DNA of 64,000 bases from Heteronotia binoei. Lineage: Eukaryota. Positions 34,120-45,042 of this stretch are shown one piece after another. The stretch covers positions 15,562,001 through 15,626,000 of the forward strand of contig NC_083235.1 in NCBI RefSeq assembly GCF_032191835.1, given 5' to 3'. Within the stretch, counting starts at the first letter, position 1; each line of letters opens with the position of its first letter. The position numbers and the translations under genes were made by a program. The notes under the pieces are model-generated. The model was not told the origin of the DNA, searched no databases, and was given only the letters and a program-made list of their open reading frames with translations.

Positions 34120-34556
34120 ATCTCATTTTCTCATTCCTTTCTAGTTATATGCAGCACCATGGGCCTCTCAAGGAATGGCTTTACCATATCCACATGCACC
34201 ACTTTAGTATTTTTCCCAGACTTCCCCCTAGTCACTGCATAAGTAATATTGTCCAGTTTATCCACAATTACACGGGGTCCTTCCCATGCAGTGTTCAGTT
34301 TATTGGTGTGAAGGGGCAGGAAAACCATCACCCTATCCCCTATCTCAAAAGTTCAAGACTTGGCTGTTTTGTCACATCAAGTGCTTTGACTGCTTTGAGC
34401 TTTAGCCAAGTTCTCTTTTACAACATACATCACTCCCTTTGGTCATTCTCTGAAGGACAGTATATAGTCCACCACCGATGTTTTTGCCTTTGGGATTTTC
34501 TTCTCCCATTTTTCCTTGACCAGGTCTTAGAGGCCCCCTGACCTTTCTGCCAACAT

Positions 34557-34830
34557 AAGAAGAAGATTGCAGATTTATACCCCGGTCTTCTCTCTGAATC
34601 AGAGACTCAAAGCGGCTTACAATCTCCTTTATCTCCTTCCCCCACAACAGACACCCTGTGAGGTGGTTGGGGCTGAGAGGGCTCTCACAGCAGCTGCCCT
34701 TTTAAGGACAACTCCTGTGAGAGCTATGGCTAACCCAAGGCCATTCCAGCAGGTGCAAGTGGGGGAGTGGGGAATCAAACCCAGTTCTCCCAGATAAGAG
34801 TCTGCACACTTAACCACCACACCACACTGG
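34557..34830 (-). mobile_element. MIR-like SINE (Squam3-like)
   Basis: Full reverse copy. Confidence 0.85.
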
Positions 34831-35914
34831 TTCACCAAAGTTCAAAAGGGGAGAACCTCATGGATTCCTGGGGTATAAGCAAATAACAATTGTGGCAGTT
34901 TTTCATCCCAGTCTTAGCCAGGGTTGCTAAACATGTGGCCTGGGGGCCGATTCAGGCCCCAAGAAGGCTCCTATCAGGCCCCTGAGCAACTATCTGTTGT
35001 CTGCTTCCTTCTCCCTCTCTCTTGTTTCTTTCTCCATAAAAGCTTGCTTTGGAGGGCTTGCTCAATCACACAGGAGCTACAGAGCAAAACCTCTGTTTTC
35101 TCTATTGGCTAAGGCCCCTCCCTTGGGGAGGAAGGGATGGGAGAGCTGCTTTGCCAGGCTCTCTCAATTGCACAGCAGAACTACTGAGCCAAGACTCTCT
35201 TCCTTCTATTGGCTGAGGCTCCTCCCCCTCCTGGTTCCCTGGGGAAGGAAGGAAAGAGCCAAAGCTTCTTTTGCCCAGTTCCCTGGATCCCATGGGAGAG
35301 ATACAAAGAAAGCACCTTTAGGACCAACGAGTTCTGTTTGTGTGGACTGACAGAATAATTGAATTGTAGAGTTGGAAGGGACCCCCAGGGTCCTGTCTAG
35401 CCCCCTGCACAATGCAGGAAATCCACAAATTCCTCTCCCTAAATTCATAGGATCAGCTTTGCTGTCAGATGGCCATCTACCCTTTGTTTAAAAACCTCTA
35501 AGGAAGGAGAGCCTACCACCTTCAAGAAGCATATTAAGGTAGATGCTAAGGGGATATAATTTAGTACGCCTTCAGGTGATGTCAGGGGTGTGTGGCACAT
35601 ACAAATGAGTTGTGCTAATGAGCTCAGGCACCTCTTTTTCTTCAAAACGACCCCCTGGTGGTATCAGAGCAGCTGGGTCTCTCATCAATCCCATACATTA
35701 GGGTATAGTCAAGCACTTTATCTGACATCTAGAATGGTTTTTATCTGGGGGTAAAACCAAGCCAGTTATACAAACTTGGACCAGGCTAGGTTTAAAGTTA
35801 AAAAAAACAAGTAAAATTTATTTACAATAGAATAGAGCAGAACATAGATAAAAACAGACAAAAAACGGAAAAGGTGCACAATATTAGCAAAGCTAGCAAA
35901 AAACCCAAAACCTT

Positions 35915-36582
35915 AATAATAATAATAATAATAACAACAACTTTTATTTCTATCCCGCCCTCCCCGCCTAGGTGGCTCAGGGCGGCTAACAACAACTTAC
36001 ACGTTAACATAAATAATAAAACTTTGAATTTAACAATTTAAATTAAACACATAAAAACCAGTCAGTTAAGTTAAAATACATAATTTACGTTACACTATAT
36101 ATATATATAAATATATCTGGCAGCAATAAAACTGTTATGGCGCTGGTTCTGCCAGTTTAGATAATCTTATAGATGGCGGTTCTTTGTACCAGGCAACTCA
36201 GCAGTCAGTGTCATTATAGGCTTGTCTAAAAAGGGCGGTCTTGCAGGCCCTGCGGAACTGGTCGAGGTTCCGCAGGGCCCGCACTTCCTCCGGAAGTTGG
36301 TTCCACAGTGCAGGTGCCGCAACTGAAAAGGCCCGTACTCTGGTGTTTTGGAGTTTGACCTCTCTCGGCCCAGGGATGGTCATTTTGTTTTTACCCACTG
36401 ACCTCAGTGCCCTCTGGGGTTCATATGGGGAGAGACGGTCCCTTAGGTAGGCTGGTCCTCGGCCATATAGGGCTTTAAAGGTGATAACCAACACTTTGTA
36501 CTGGACTCGGTAGATAATTGGTAGCCAGTGCAGTCCGCACAGCCCCGGCTGTATGTGCTCCCATTTCGAGAGCCCCATATAT
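35915..36582 (-). mobile_element. L2-clade LINE 3' fragment
   Basis: Translates to LHWLPIIYRVQYKVLVITFKALYGRGPAYL, with an (ATT)n tail. Truncated at a CAGGG MITE (~36583-36750). Confidence 0.85.
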
Positions 36583-37072
36583 ACAGGGGTGGAATTCTAG
36601 CAGGAGCTCCTTTGCATATTAGGCCACACACCTCTGATTTAGCCAATCCTCCAAGAGCTTACAAAAAGAGCCTTGTAAACTCTTGGAGGACTGGCTACAT
36701 CAGGGGTGTGTGGCCTAATATGCAAAGGAGCTCCTGCTAGAATTCCATACCTGACTATATATGCTTACCATGTAGTCCTACAGCCAGTTGTTAGCTTTGA
36801 GGCTTCTCCCAGGAACTCAGTAAGCATTTCACAGCAGAAGAACTCACACAGCCTCCTGGTGAACAGCTCATTCATTAATGTCAACCATTGTGACAAAAGG
36901 CAAACTCCATGATAGGAATGATCAGGAAAAGAACTGAAAATAAAATGGCCAGCTGTCACAACGGCCTGGTGCAGATCTATTGTGTGGCTTCATTTGTACA
37001 GTTCTGGTCAAAGAGAACATTGCAGAACTGGAAAACATGCAGAAGGGGGCAATGGAGATGATTAGCAGCTTG

Positions 37073-37328
37073 GAGCACCCGGTGCAGAGTGGTAAAGCTG
37101 CAGTACTGCAGTCTGAGCTCTCTGCTCGCGACCTGAGTTCAATCCTGGCAGAAGCTCGGTTCAGGTAGCCAGCTCAAGGTTGCCTCAGCCTTCCATCCTT
37201 CTAAGGTTGGTAAAATGAGTACCCAGCTTGCTGAGGGGAAAGTGTAGATGACTGGGGAAGGCAATGGCAAACCACCCCGTAAAAAAGTCTGTTGTGAAAA
37301 CGTTGTGATGTGATGTGACCCCCGAATC
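37073..37328 (+). mobile_element. Sauria SINE, 3' incomplete
   Basis: Reads gcagagtggtaaagctgcagtactgcag...cagccttccatccttctaaggttggtaaaatgagtacccagc. Confidence 0.85.
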
Positions 37329-37561
37329 TAACTGCTGAATAAATTCCCCTGATGAAACAGGCTGGAAATTGCTTATTAAATCATAATAGCAGCATACAGA
37401 CTTTGCCTTCTTACTATTATTGATGCAATTTTTTCACCACTCATTTTTTTTAAATAAATATTTTTATGTTTTATTGACTTTAGTACAATTGGCCATTACA
37501 GCATATGGATGTTGAAATTACAAATAACCCTCGCCCCCCCCCCAACCCTCCCCATCTTCTT

Positions 37562-40500
37562 TTAGTCTTTTCCCCTCAGCCAAGGGCACAGAGTCCTGAT
37601 CTTCCACTGAATGTCCTTCCTTGCTTCTCCTGAGATCCACTCTAAATAAGGGTTCCATCTGGTCTCGATTTCCTTGACTTTATCTTCCCACGTGGAATCC
37701 TTGTTGATTGTTGCCACGATGTCAGACTGTATGTAATCAAACAAATAGCTGTGCCAGCTTTCTATTGACCATTTACTTTTATCTTTCCACCCCAAAGCGA
37801 TGACCGCCTTCCCCGCTAGTATCATTGCCTTGACAAGGTTTTGCATGGGTCTACTTAGTGCCGGACTTCCTATTGTGCTTAACAACATCATATTAAAGCC
37901 AATGGTTAATGGTACATTGCAGACTTTTCTAATAAATTGAATAATTTCCCCCCAAAAGGGTTTAACCTCTTCACACTCCCACCACATATGTGCAAACCAA
38001 CCCTTAAATTGTTTGCAATGCCAGCACTTGGAGCTCACTCCTGGGAATATATTGGCTATTTGTGCGGGAGTTTTGTACCATTTTGTGAAAAATTTATATT
38101 CCAGTTCTTTAAATTTGGTTACTTTAATCCTTTCTAGACCATCCAAGATTTTCCCAGCCAACCCCTCTGTTAACTGACCTTCATGACTCCAAATCTTTTG
38201 TAAATGTACTATTATTTTATCTTTATTTGAAATCATTTTTCTGTATAATAACCCCACTAGACCCTTCCTTTGTTTGGCCATTACCTTATATATCTCTTCC
38301 ATTGGAGTGTCTAACCAAAGCTCTCCCTTTTCACTGATCATCTTAACTCTCTTATGCAAGCCTGCTATGTTTAACCAGTATTGATTACCTAAATCTTCTA
38401 TAATTTCCTGTAAGGGTTTTAGCTTACCACCCCTAAACATATCGTCCACTCTAAAATAGCCTTTGTTTTTAAGCCTTTCCCACCATTTTATAGCATGCAC
38501 CTCCTTAACAATAACTTCTAGGGGGCTCCACCTTGAAACCTTCCCTAGCCACTGTGGGTACCATTTCATCCCGGTTTCTAATGCTGTTCTTCTGGGCCCT
38601 ATAGCTAATTTTAGATCTTTTGTCGACACTGTGGAAAAAAATCCAAATCTTCCAATGCCACTGTTGACCGCATTCTCGAAATTAATCCACTTCTGTACCT
38701 TATCCTCACTCAAATCTAGTAACGCTCTTAGTTGGAAGGCCTCATAATATTTACTTAAATTTGGGATTCCCCAACCTAATTCTGATTTTAGGTTGTATAG
38801 AATTCTCTTATGAAACCTACTGTTTTTATTATTAAAAATCCACACTTTGATTGCTTTATTCCATTGTTCAATTTGATTTTTCCTCAAACCTAAGGGTAAC
38901 GTTTGGAATAAATACATTAACTTTGGTATCATGAACATTTTAAGAGATCTTATTCTAGATGATATCCCTAGTATTTTATGATTCCAATTATTCATATCCC
39001 TCTCTATTTTCTTCCATATTTTACCATAGTTCTCCTTTATCATTTTGTCCATATTTTTTTGGAGGACTATCCCTAAATATTTTAATCTCTTGGCTCCCAT
39101 TCCTATATTCGTAATCCTATTTATTTCCTGTTTTTCCTCTCTATTAACATTAAGGTATAGAATTTCTGATTTTGCCATATTCACTCCGAGCCCTGAACAC
39201 TTTTCAAAATCATCTAAAATTATCTTAATCTCTTTAACTCCGTCTTTTGGGTTAGACATAATTACTATGATATCATCCGCAAATAAATTAATTTTCATTT
39301 CTTCAATACCTGACTTATACCCCTCTATTCTCCCGGCATTCCTAATTCGCTCTGCTAGTTGCTCTATAGCTATTATAAATATAAGCGGGGATAGTGGACA
39401 GCCTTGTCTTACCCCCCCTTGAATTGGGAACACTTGTGAGTGGTCAGTGTTGACTCTAACTTTGGCCTTACCTCCGTTGTATATTTCCTGTATAGCGTGT
39501 AAGAACCGTTCCTCTAAACCTATCTTCTTTAATATTTGCCACAAGAATTCATGTGAGAGAGTATCAAAGGCTTTATAAACATCCAACTTTAACAGAGCTA
39601 TTTTTTTCTTTTGGCCATGGTGCAATACATTTAAGATATTTCTAATAGGATGGGCAATAGATCTACCCTCAATAAAACCGTATTGGTCCCCTTTTATGAT
39701 TGACGGGATAACTCTCTTAAGTCTATTTGCTAAAACCTTAGCAAAAATCTTATAATCTTGATTTAGTAAACTAATGGGCCTATATGAACCTACTTCTTCC
39801 GGATCTTTCTGGGGCTTTAATATCAAAATTATTTCTGTTTCCTTCCATGAGTCCGGGGCTTTCTTTCCTTCCAAGACTTCATTAAAAACTACCTGCAATT
39901 CAGGTGCTATAATTTCTACCATTTCTTTATAAAAGTCAGAAGTAAAGCCATCCAGCCCTGGTGATTTACCCTTTTTGAGCGCTTTTATTACTTCCTTTAT
40001 CTCTTGGAGTGTAATCTCAGCACCCAGTGAGGCTTTTGCTTCCTCCTCTATAATTAGCTTAGGTGCGTCCCACACCTCCGTTATATTCTTTTTCATATAT
40101 AAATTTTTATAGAAGTCTTCAAATGCCTTAGTGATTTCCTTAGAGTTTTGAGTTGTACTATTATTAATTTTAATAGTTCTAATTGATTGTTTTGCCTTTT
40201 TAACTTTCAAATAATTAGCTAATCTTTTTGCTGTATTAATGCTATTCCTCTGGAAGTCGTTCTTAACCATTATTTCCTTTTTCCACATTGTTGCCATATC
40301 TAGGGCCTCCAACTGTTTTTGAATCTCTTTAATTCTAATCTGTAAACTAGGATTACACTTTCCCACTATTTCTTTTTGTAACTCCTCCAATTCCTTAAGT
40401 TTTGTTTGCCTTTTTTTATACCATTCACTTTTTATGTCTTTTTCCTTCCTAACCAAATGGCCCCTTATTACCGCTTTAGCAGCATCCCACAATATATTAG

Positions 40501-40699
40501 TTGAGACAGTTCCTCTATTTTCCTTAAAATATAATTTTAACTGTGTCATTAAGTATTCCCTATCCTCTTCTTTTGTCATTACCAAGTTGTTATACCTCCA
40601 AGGTCTTTTTTTCGAGGGAAGATTTAATTCTAATTCAATACTTAGAGGGGCATGGTCAGAAATCAAAATTGGATGGGTCTTGATCTCTTTAACCACCAT
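37562..40699 (-). CDS. L1 ORF2 remainder: EN end, RT and Cys-rich C-terminus (1045 aa open frame)
   Basis: Motifs SDHAP, KSPGLDG, YRPISLLNQDYKI, LDVYKAFD, GVRQGCPLSP, LFADD, KYLGI and CWHC...HMWWEC. Confidence 0.9.
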   Translation of the reverse strand: MVVKEIKTHPILISDHAPLSIELELNLPSKKRPWRYNNLVMTKEEDREYLMTQLKLYFKENRGTVSTNILWDAAKAVIRGHLVRKEKDIKSEWYKKRQTKLKELEELQKEIVGKCNPSLQIRIKEIQKQLEALDMATMWKKEIMVKNDFQRNSINTAKRLANYLKVKKAKQSIRTIKINNSTTQNSKEITKAFEDFYKNLYMKKNITEVWDAPKLIIEEEAKASLGAEITLQEIKEVIKALKKGKSPGLDGFTSDFYKEMVEIIAPELQVVFNEVLEGKKAPDSWKETEIILILKPQKDPEEVGSYRPISLLNQDYKIFAKVLANRLKRVIPSIIKGDQYGFIEGRSIAHPIRNILNVLHHGQKKKIALLKLDVYKAFDTLSHEFLWQILKKIGLEERFLHAIQEIYNGGKAKVRVNTDHSQVFPIQGGVRQGCPLSPLIFIIAIEQLAERIRNAGRIEGYKSGIEEMKINLFADDIIVIMSNPKDGVKEIKIILDDFEKCSGLGVNMAKSEILYLNVNREEKQEINRITNIGMGAKRLKYLGIVLQKNMDKMIKENYGKIWKKIERDMNNWNHKILGISSRIRSLKMFMIPKLMYLFQTLPLGLRKNQIEQWNKAIKVWIFNNKNSRFHKRILYNLKSELGWGIPNLSKYYEAFQLRALLDLSEDKVQKWINFENAVNSGIGRFGFFSTVSTKDLKLAIGPRRTALETGMKWYPQWLGKVSRWSPLEVIVKEVHAIKWWERLKNKGYFRVDDMFRGGKLKPLQEIIEDLGNQYWLNIAGLHKRVKMISEKGELWLDTPMEEIYKVMAKQRKGLVGLLYRKMISNKDKIIVHLQKIWSHEGQLTEGLAGKILDGLERIKVTKFKELEYKFFTKWYKTPAQIANIFPGVSSKCWHCKQFKGWFAHMWWECEEVKPFWGEIIQFIRKVCNVPLTIGFNMMLLSTIGSPALSRPMQNLVKAMILAGKAVIALGWKDKSKWSIESWHSYLFDYIQSDIVATINKDSTWEDKVKEIETRWNPYLEWISGEARKDIQWKIRTLCPWLRGKD

Positions 40700-40703
40700 A
40701 TTA

Positions 40704-41291
40704 TTATTTTTTTTCCAAAATTATATAATCTAAGCGGGATGCTGTTTTATGTCTACAAGAAATATGTGTCGGGCTGGGTCTCGTATTGATGAACTCATGA
40801 GCGTCCTTCAAGCCCCAATCTCTTAGGTTAATACTATTGTTCTTGGTTATGTCCATATTTAGATCACCCACTACAATTAGTTCGCCCTCTGAAAACTGTT
40901 GTATCTTCTTAAAAACCAAGTTTAAGAATTTCCTTTGTCTTTTATTTGGTGCATAAACATTTACTATAGTGATTTTTATGGCTTCCAGCTTAAACTTAAC
41001 TAAGAGGTATCTACCTTCCTTATCTACTAATTTTTCCATGTTCTCCACCTTAATATCCTTACGAATCAATGTAGCCACGCCTCTAGCTTTGGAAGACCCT
41101 CTTGCTTCTGCTAAAACCTGCCACCTCAGATCTTTTATCAATGGTTTTCTATCATTTATTTTTTTGTGAGTTTCCTGTAGGCACAACAAATCTATTCTTT
41201 GTTCTTTAGCCATTTTAATTACTCTGAATCTCTTAAGATTTGATGTTAGACCATTCGCATTCAGTGAAAGGACTCTTAAAGATCTATCCAT
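40704..41291 (-). CDS. L1 ORF2 N-terminal APE endonuclease segment, frameshifted from the rest of ORF2
   Basis: Motifs LSLNANGL, LQETH, NVYAPN, VGDLN and SRLDYI. Confidence 0.85.
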   Translation of the reverse strand: MDRSLRVLSLNANGLTSNLKRFRVIKMAKEQRIDLLCLQETHKKINDRKPLIKDLRWQVLAEARGSSKARGVATLIRKDIKVENMEKLVDKEGRYLLVKFKLEAIKITIVNVYAPNKRQRKFLNLVFKKIQQFSEGELIVVGDLNMDITKNNSINLRDWGLKDAHEFINTRPSPTHISCRHKTASRLDYIILEKK

Positions 41292-41504
41292 TCTCTTTAT
41301 ATGTAACAGACTTGGGCCCTAATGGCTGAGGGTATTTTTCTATACTTCTTACTGAAACCCCCCCCCCCTATTCCCTTCCCCTGTGGCACAGACAACTTCC
41401 TGGATGAAACCATCATCCTGTCTTCCACCTTCCAGGGGGCATGCATCCCGCCCTCCCCTTCAAGCTTATAGCTAAATTTAGCTCAAAATATTTTATACTT
41501 CCCT

Positions 41505-42395
41505 TTAGTAGTCCATTCTTGGCCTTTTCTCTTGTCTACTTGAGCTTCCTTCTCCCGGATNNNNNNNNNNNNNNNNNNNNNNNNNNNNNNNNNNNNNNNN
41601 NNNNNNNNNNNNNNNNNNNNNNNNNNNNNNNNNNNNNNNNNNNNNNNNNNNNNNNNNNNNNNNNNNNNNNNNNNNNNNNNNNNNNNNNNNNTCGTCTGTG
41701 GCGATGCCCAGGCGAGTGAGGAGATCTCTTGCTTCTTTAGGGTTGCGGGCCACCAGCCTTTTTTCGTCTTTAAAAATAATTATTGAGGAGGGGTACCCCC
41801 AAGAGAATTTAATCTTGTTGTCATATAATTTTTGCCCAAAGGGTCTCATTAGCCTTCTCTTTCTGATGGTTTCCTGGCAGAAGTCTTCTCTCACCCAAAC
41901 TTTCCTTCCTCTAAAAGAAAGGTCTTTCCTTTTTTTCAAAGTCTTGAAAACTGTCTGCTGAGTCTTTTCCCTTGAAAATTTAATTATGACTTCCCTTGGG
42001 GCACCCCCATCTTGTCTCCTTTGCAGTCTATGAGCTCTCTCAATATCCTGAGATTGCAGAGTGACTCCTTGCTCACCCATCCAGTCTATAAGGGTTCCTT
42101 CCAGGAGCTTATTATTTATTTCCTCTGAAATTCCACCCAGGATCAGATTCGCTCTTCTGTTACGATCAGAGAGCTCTGTAAGTTGCGAATTCAGCTGGAG
42201 TATTTTTTGTTTATTAGATAAGGCCAGCTCATTAGCAGAGATTGCAATGTTCCGTGTGTCCTTGAGGTCTGCACTCAACTCTGTAAAAGCATCCCTGAGT
42301 GATTTAATTTCAGATCTCATCTGGTCCTGGGACGACATTATTAAAGTCTGGAAAGCTGATATCTGCTCAGATAATTCTTTAATTGTCTTAGCCAT
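41505..42395 (-). CDS. L1 ORF1p (coiled coil, RRM, CTD), spanning a 131-N assembly gap
   Basis: Heptad-like N-terminus, DRNRRANL, IERAHR..PREVIIKF, EDF.....KRR, W.YP. Length across the gap is unverified. Confidence 0.85.
   Translation of the reverse strand: MAKTIKELSEQISAFQTLIMSSQDQMRSEIKSLRDAFTELSADLKDTRNIAISANELALSNKQKILQLNSQLTELSDRNRRANLILGGISEEINNKLLEGTLIDWMGEQGVTLQSQDIERAHRLQRRQDGGAPREVIIKFSREKTQQTVFKTLKKRKDLSFRGRKVWVREDFCQETIRKRRLMRPFGQKLYDNKIKFSWGYPSSIIIFKDEKRLVARNPKEARDLLTRLGIATDXXXXXXXXXXXXXXXXXXXXXXXXXXXXXXXXXXXXXXXXXXXXXPGEGSSSRQEKRPRMDY
41561..41691. other. Assembly gap (131 N)
   Basis: Run of N inside L1 ORF1. Confidence 1.
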
Positions 42396-42892
42396 GATGA
42401 TTATTTTCCGGAGTTACCCGCGACCGCTGAGTAATTAACCAGGGTGTTGCCTCGTTGATTTGATAGTAAAAGTTGTTGTCTTACCCTCTGGGACCCCAGA
42501 AAGGAATTCTTATGATCTTCAGACCTTCGTAAGTAAGCTCGTTCTTCAAATAGACTTGCCAAAGAGCTATTTACATTCTTTTGAGCTATTTAAAATTCCA
42601 GTTCGAAGGGGAGGACGAGCACACAGCCGGCTTAGTTAACGCATGCGTACAAACCCCTTTTTCACCACTCATTTGATCAATTACCCCAGTAAATTTTTCA
42701 GCCACCCTTCCTCCAAGGCACCCAGCACAGCGTACATGGTGCTCCCTTCCCCACATTATATTTGCCACTTCTCTATGAGATAGGTTGGCCTGGGAGACTC
42801 AAGGTCACCCAGCAAAATACATATCGAAGTGGGGATCTGAACACAGCCCCCTCAAATCTGATGCACACATTCACAAGCACAGCCACTTAAAA

Positions 42893-43046
42893 TATATATC
42901 TTGAGAATTATTTATTTAGACATTTATTTAGACCGGGGTTCCGGTATATATCTTGAGAATTATTTATTTAGACATTTATTTAGACCGGGGTTCCGGTATA
43001 TATCTTGAGAATTATTTATTTAGACATTTATTTAGACCGGGGTTCC
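42893..43046 (+). repeat. 52-bp tandem repeat, about 3 identical copies
   Basis: Unit tatatatcttgagaattatttatttagacatttatttagaccggggttccgg starts at 42893, 42945 and 42997. Confidence 0.95.
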
Positions 43047-43302
43047 CCCATGTGGTGCCTGTTGCCATCATGGTGAGATTTTGTGGTTGGCTCCACTTCT
43101 TGTGGCAGCCATTTTGTGGCTAGCTCTGCCTCTTATGGCAGCCATTTTGGAGTTGCCCCCACCATCCAGTGTCAGAATCTATAGGATTGGTAGGCAAATG
43201 GTTCAGTAACATTAGCGGTTTGCGACCTTACTCTCATGGAGTCTCTTGCCACTTCTGCTGATCCACTGAAGAGCCTGTGAATTGAACAGGTTGGTGTGGT
43301 GG

Positions 43303-43746
43303 TAGGGCTGCCAAGCCCCTGGTCTGGGCGGGGTTTCCCCTGCCCAGGAGGTTCCCAACCAACTGGCCCACATTCGGCCAGCAGGGGAAACCTCCCCCAA
43401 TGTTGCTGGCGCAATGACGTCACCCAGAAGTGACATCATCGCACTGGCAACGTTGTGTGGCGGGTGCTCTAGCCGTTTCAGGGAAAACTCTATGGTTTCC
43501 CTGGATGCTGTAGCCATTTGGCAGGGAAAACTTTATGGTATAATAGGTACCATAGAGTTTTCCCCCTCTCAAATGGCTAGAGTGTCTGTGAAAACCATAG
43601 AGTTTTCCCGGAATCGCCTAGAGCAGTCACTGTGTGAGGTCGCTGGTGCAATGATGCCACTTCCGGGTGATGTCATCGCACCATGCGCACTGGTACGTGC
43701 GCGAGGAGAGTCCCCCGCCGGGGGCATCAAGGTATTTGGCAACCCT
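43303..43746 (+). mobile_element. TAGGG(T/C)TGCC-TIR DNA transposon derivative; relatives at ~52506-52800 and ~59953-60316
   Basis: Termini tagggctgccaag ... ttggcaacccta, with shared internal accatagagtttt motifs. Confidence 0.7.
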
Positions 43747-44826
43747 ATATGGTGGTGATAAATTCTAGGGATTTAATCTTCAATAAGTGAATGCCCCTCA
43801 GTCCTAAAGCAGCTGATCTACTGATACCACCAAGTTATTAGCCCTCTCAGCTTACCATATCAGGAAGTGCCAGAGCTTCACATTCAATTCACTTAGGATC
43901 TTGCTAGCAGCTAGTTCAGTTGAAGGATTTCTTCTGATATATCTTTTAGGTTCCCGTACCATTAACAATTGGGTATGTACCTTCTTTGTGCCTCCTTATC
44001 ATAATACCTAACACCAGGACTTTTTTTGAGCAGAAACGTAGTTCCGGCTGCCTTGATATCAAGGCTATGGCCTAATATGGAAATAAATTGCTGCTGGGCT
44101 TTTTGTACAAAAAAGCCCTGTGTAAATCAATGGTGACACCAGGGGGTGTGGCCTAATATGCAAATGAGTTCCTGGCGGGCTGTTTCTACATAAGAAGCCC
44201 TGCATAATACCAGTGACAAATTGAGGAATTCTATTGAGGCCTGCGTAGAGGTTGAATCCAATAAAACTTCTTATGGTTGCCAATCTTCAGGTGGGAAAAA
44301 CAAGACAGAGGTCACACAGAGATATATATAAAACACAGCCCAAGGGTTATAGTGACCAAAATTACATGACCAAAATATAGATTATGATATACTTCAAAGT
44401 TATAATCCTGAGGTAAAGACAATAAACAATCCCAAAATATGAAGTGTTCACAATAAATAATATCACGTTTTCATCAAAACATCCAATATTTATTTATTTA
44501 TTTAGAATTTATATCCCGCCCTTCCCACAAGTGGCTCATGAATGTGACATGAATGTGTCCATATACTGTAGAGTCCCGATGGACAGGAAGTCAACTTGAT
44601 GCTCCTGCTTCAAATGCTCTTCCAGCAAGGGATACACCACTTCTTCAATTTCCATACAAACTATAACAGAGGACATCCATGATAATATCCCGACCAGCGT
44701 TCCCTCTAATCTGAGCTTTTTTAGCCCCCATTTTTGTCTCAGCGCAGGGAAAATGGCTCCAAAGCAAACTAATGTATGCAGTACCAGAATCACTCGTTCA
44801 CAGCTTTAATGCCAGTAGCTCACAAG

Positions 44827-45042
44827 CAGTGTTCCCTCTAAGCTGAGTTAGCCTGAGCTAGCTCACAGATTTTTAGCCTCCAGCTCACACATTTTTGTCT
44901 TAGTTCAGGAAGGATGACCCCAGAGCACAATAATTTATGCAGGAGCTCACAGCTTTAATGCCACTAGCTCACAAGTTTAATACCAGTAGCTCACGAAGTA
45001 GAATTTTTGCTCACAGGACTCTGCAGCTTAGAGGGAACATTG
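44827..45042 (+). mobile_element. CAGTGTTCCC-family MITE nested inside a copy of its own family
   Basis: TSD ctcacaag/ctcataag. Both flanks (44800-44826 and 45043-45095) are the same family. Confidence 0.8.

Larger units (their letters stand above)
31686..34540 (-). pseudogene. Fragmented Gypsy/Ty3 pol of Gmr1 type (integrase upstream of RT)
   Basis: In minus-strand order: integrase C-terminus VFLP..NKL..WEGP..VVHVDMVKPF (34340-34131); RT N-terminus PGRT..IDTG..EMLRLGVIQPS.SPWAAPV..KPDG.IRFCVD..STVDL (~32950-32620); RT core KGYWQM..MPFGLRNASASFQRL..AYIDDI (~31880-31690). Confidence 0.8.
37447..42657 (-). mobile_element. Full-length L1 retrotransposon (5211 bp including the N gap)
   Basis: 17-bp TSD tttttcaccactcattt at 37430-37446 and 42658-42674. 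Layout is 5' UTR (starting GGGG), ORF1, spacer, ORF2, 3' UTR with AATAAA, then a short A-tail. Confidence 0.93.

Noticed and set aside
42061-42438. ORF0-like antisense ORF in the L1
   Set aside because: It starts at a non-ATG codon and mostly overlaps the ORF1 coiled coil in antisense. There is no independent support.
42893-43046. CRISPR-like array
   Set aside because: The units are contiguous with no spacers, there are no cas genes, and the context is vertebrate.
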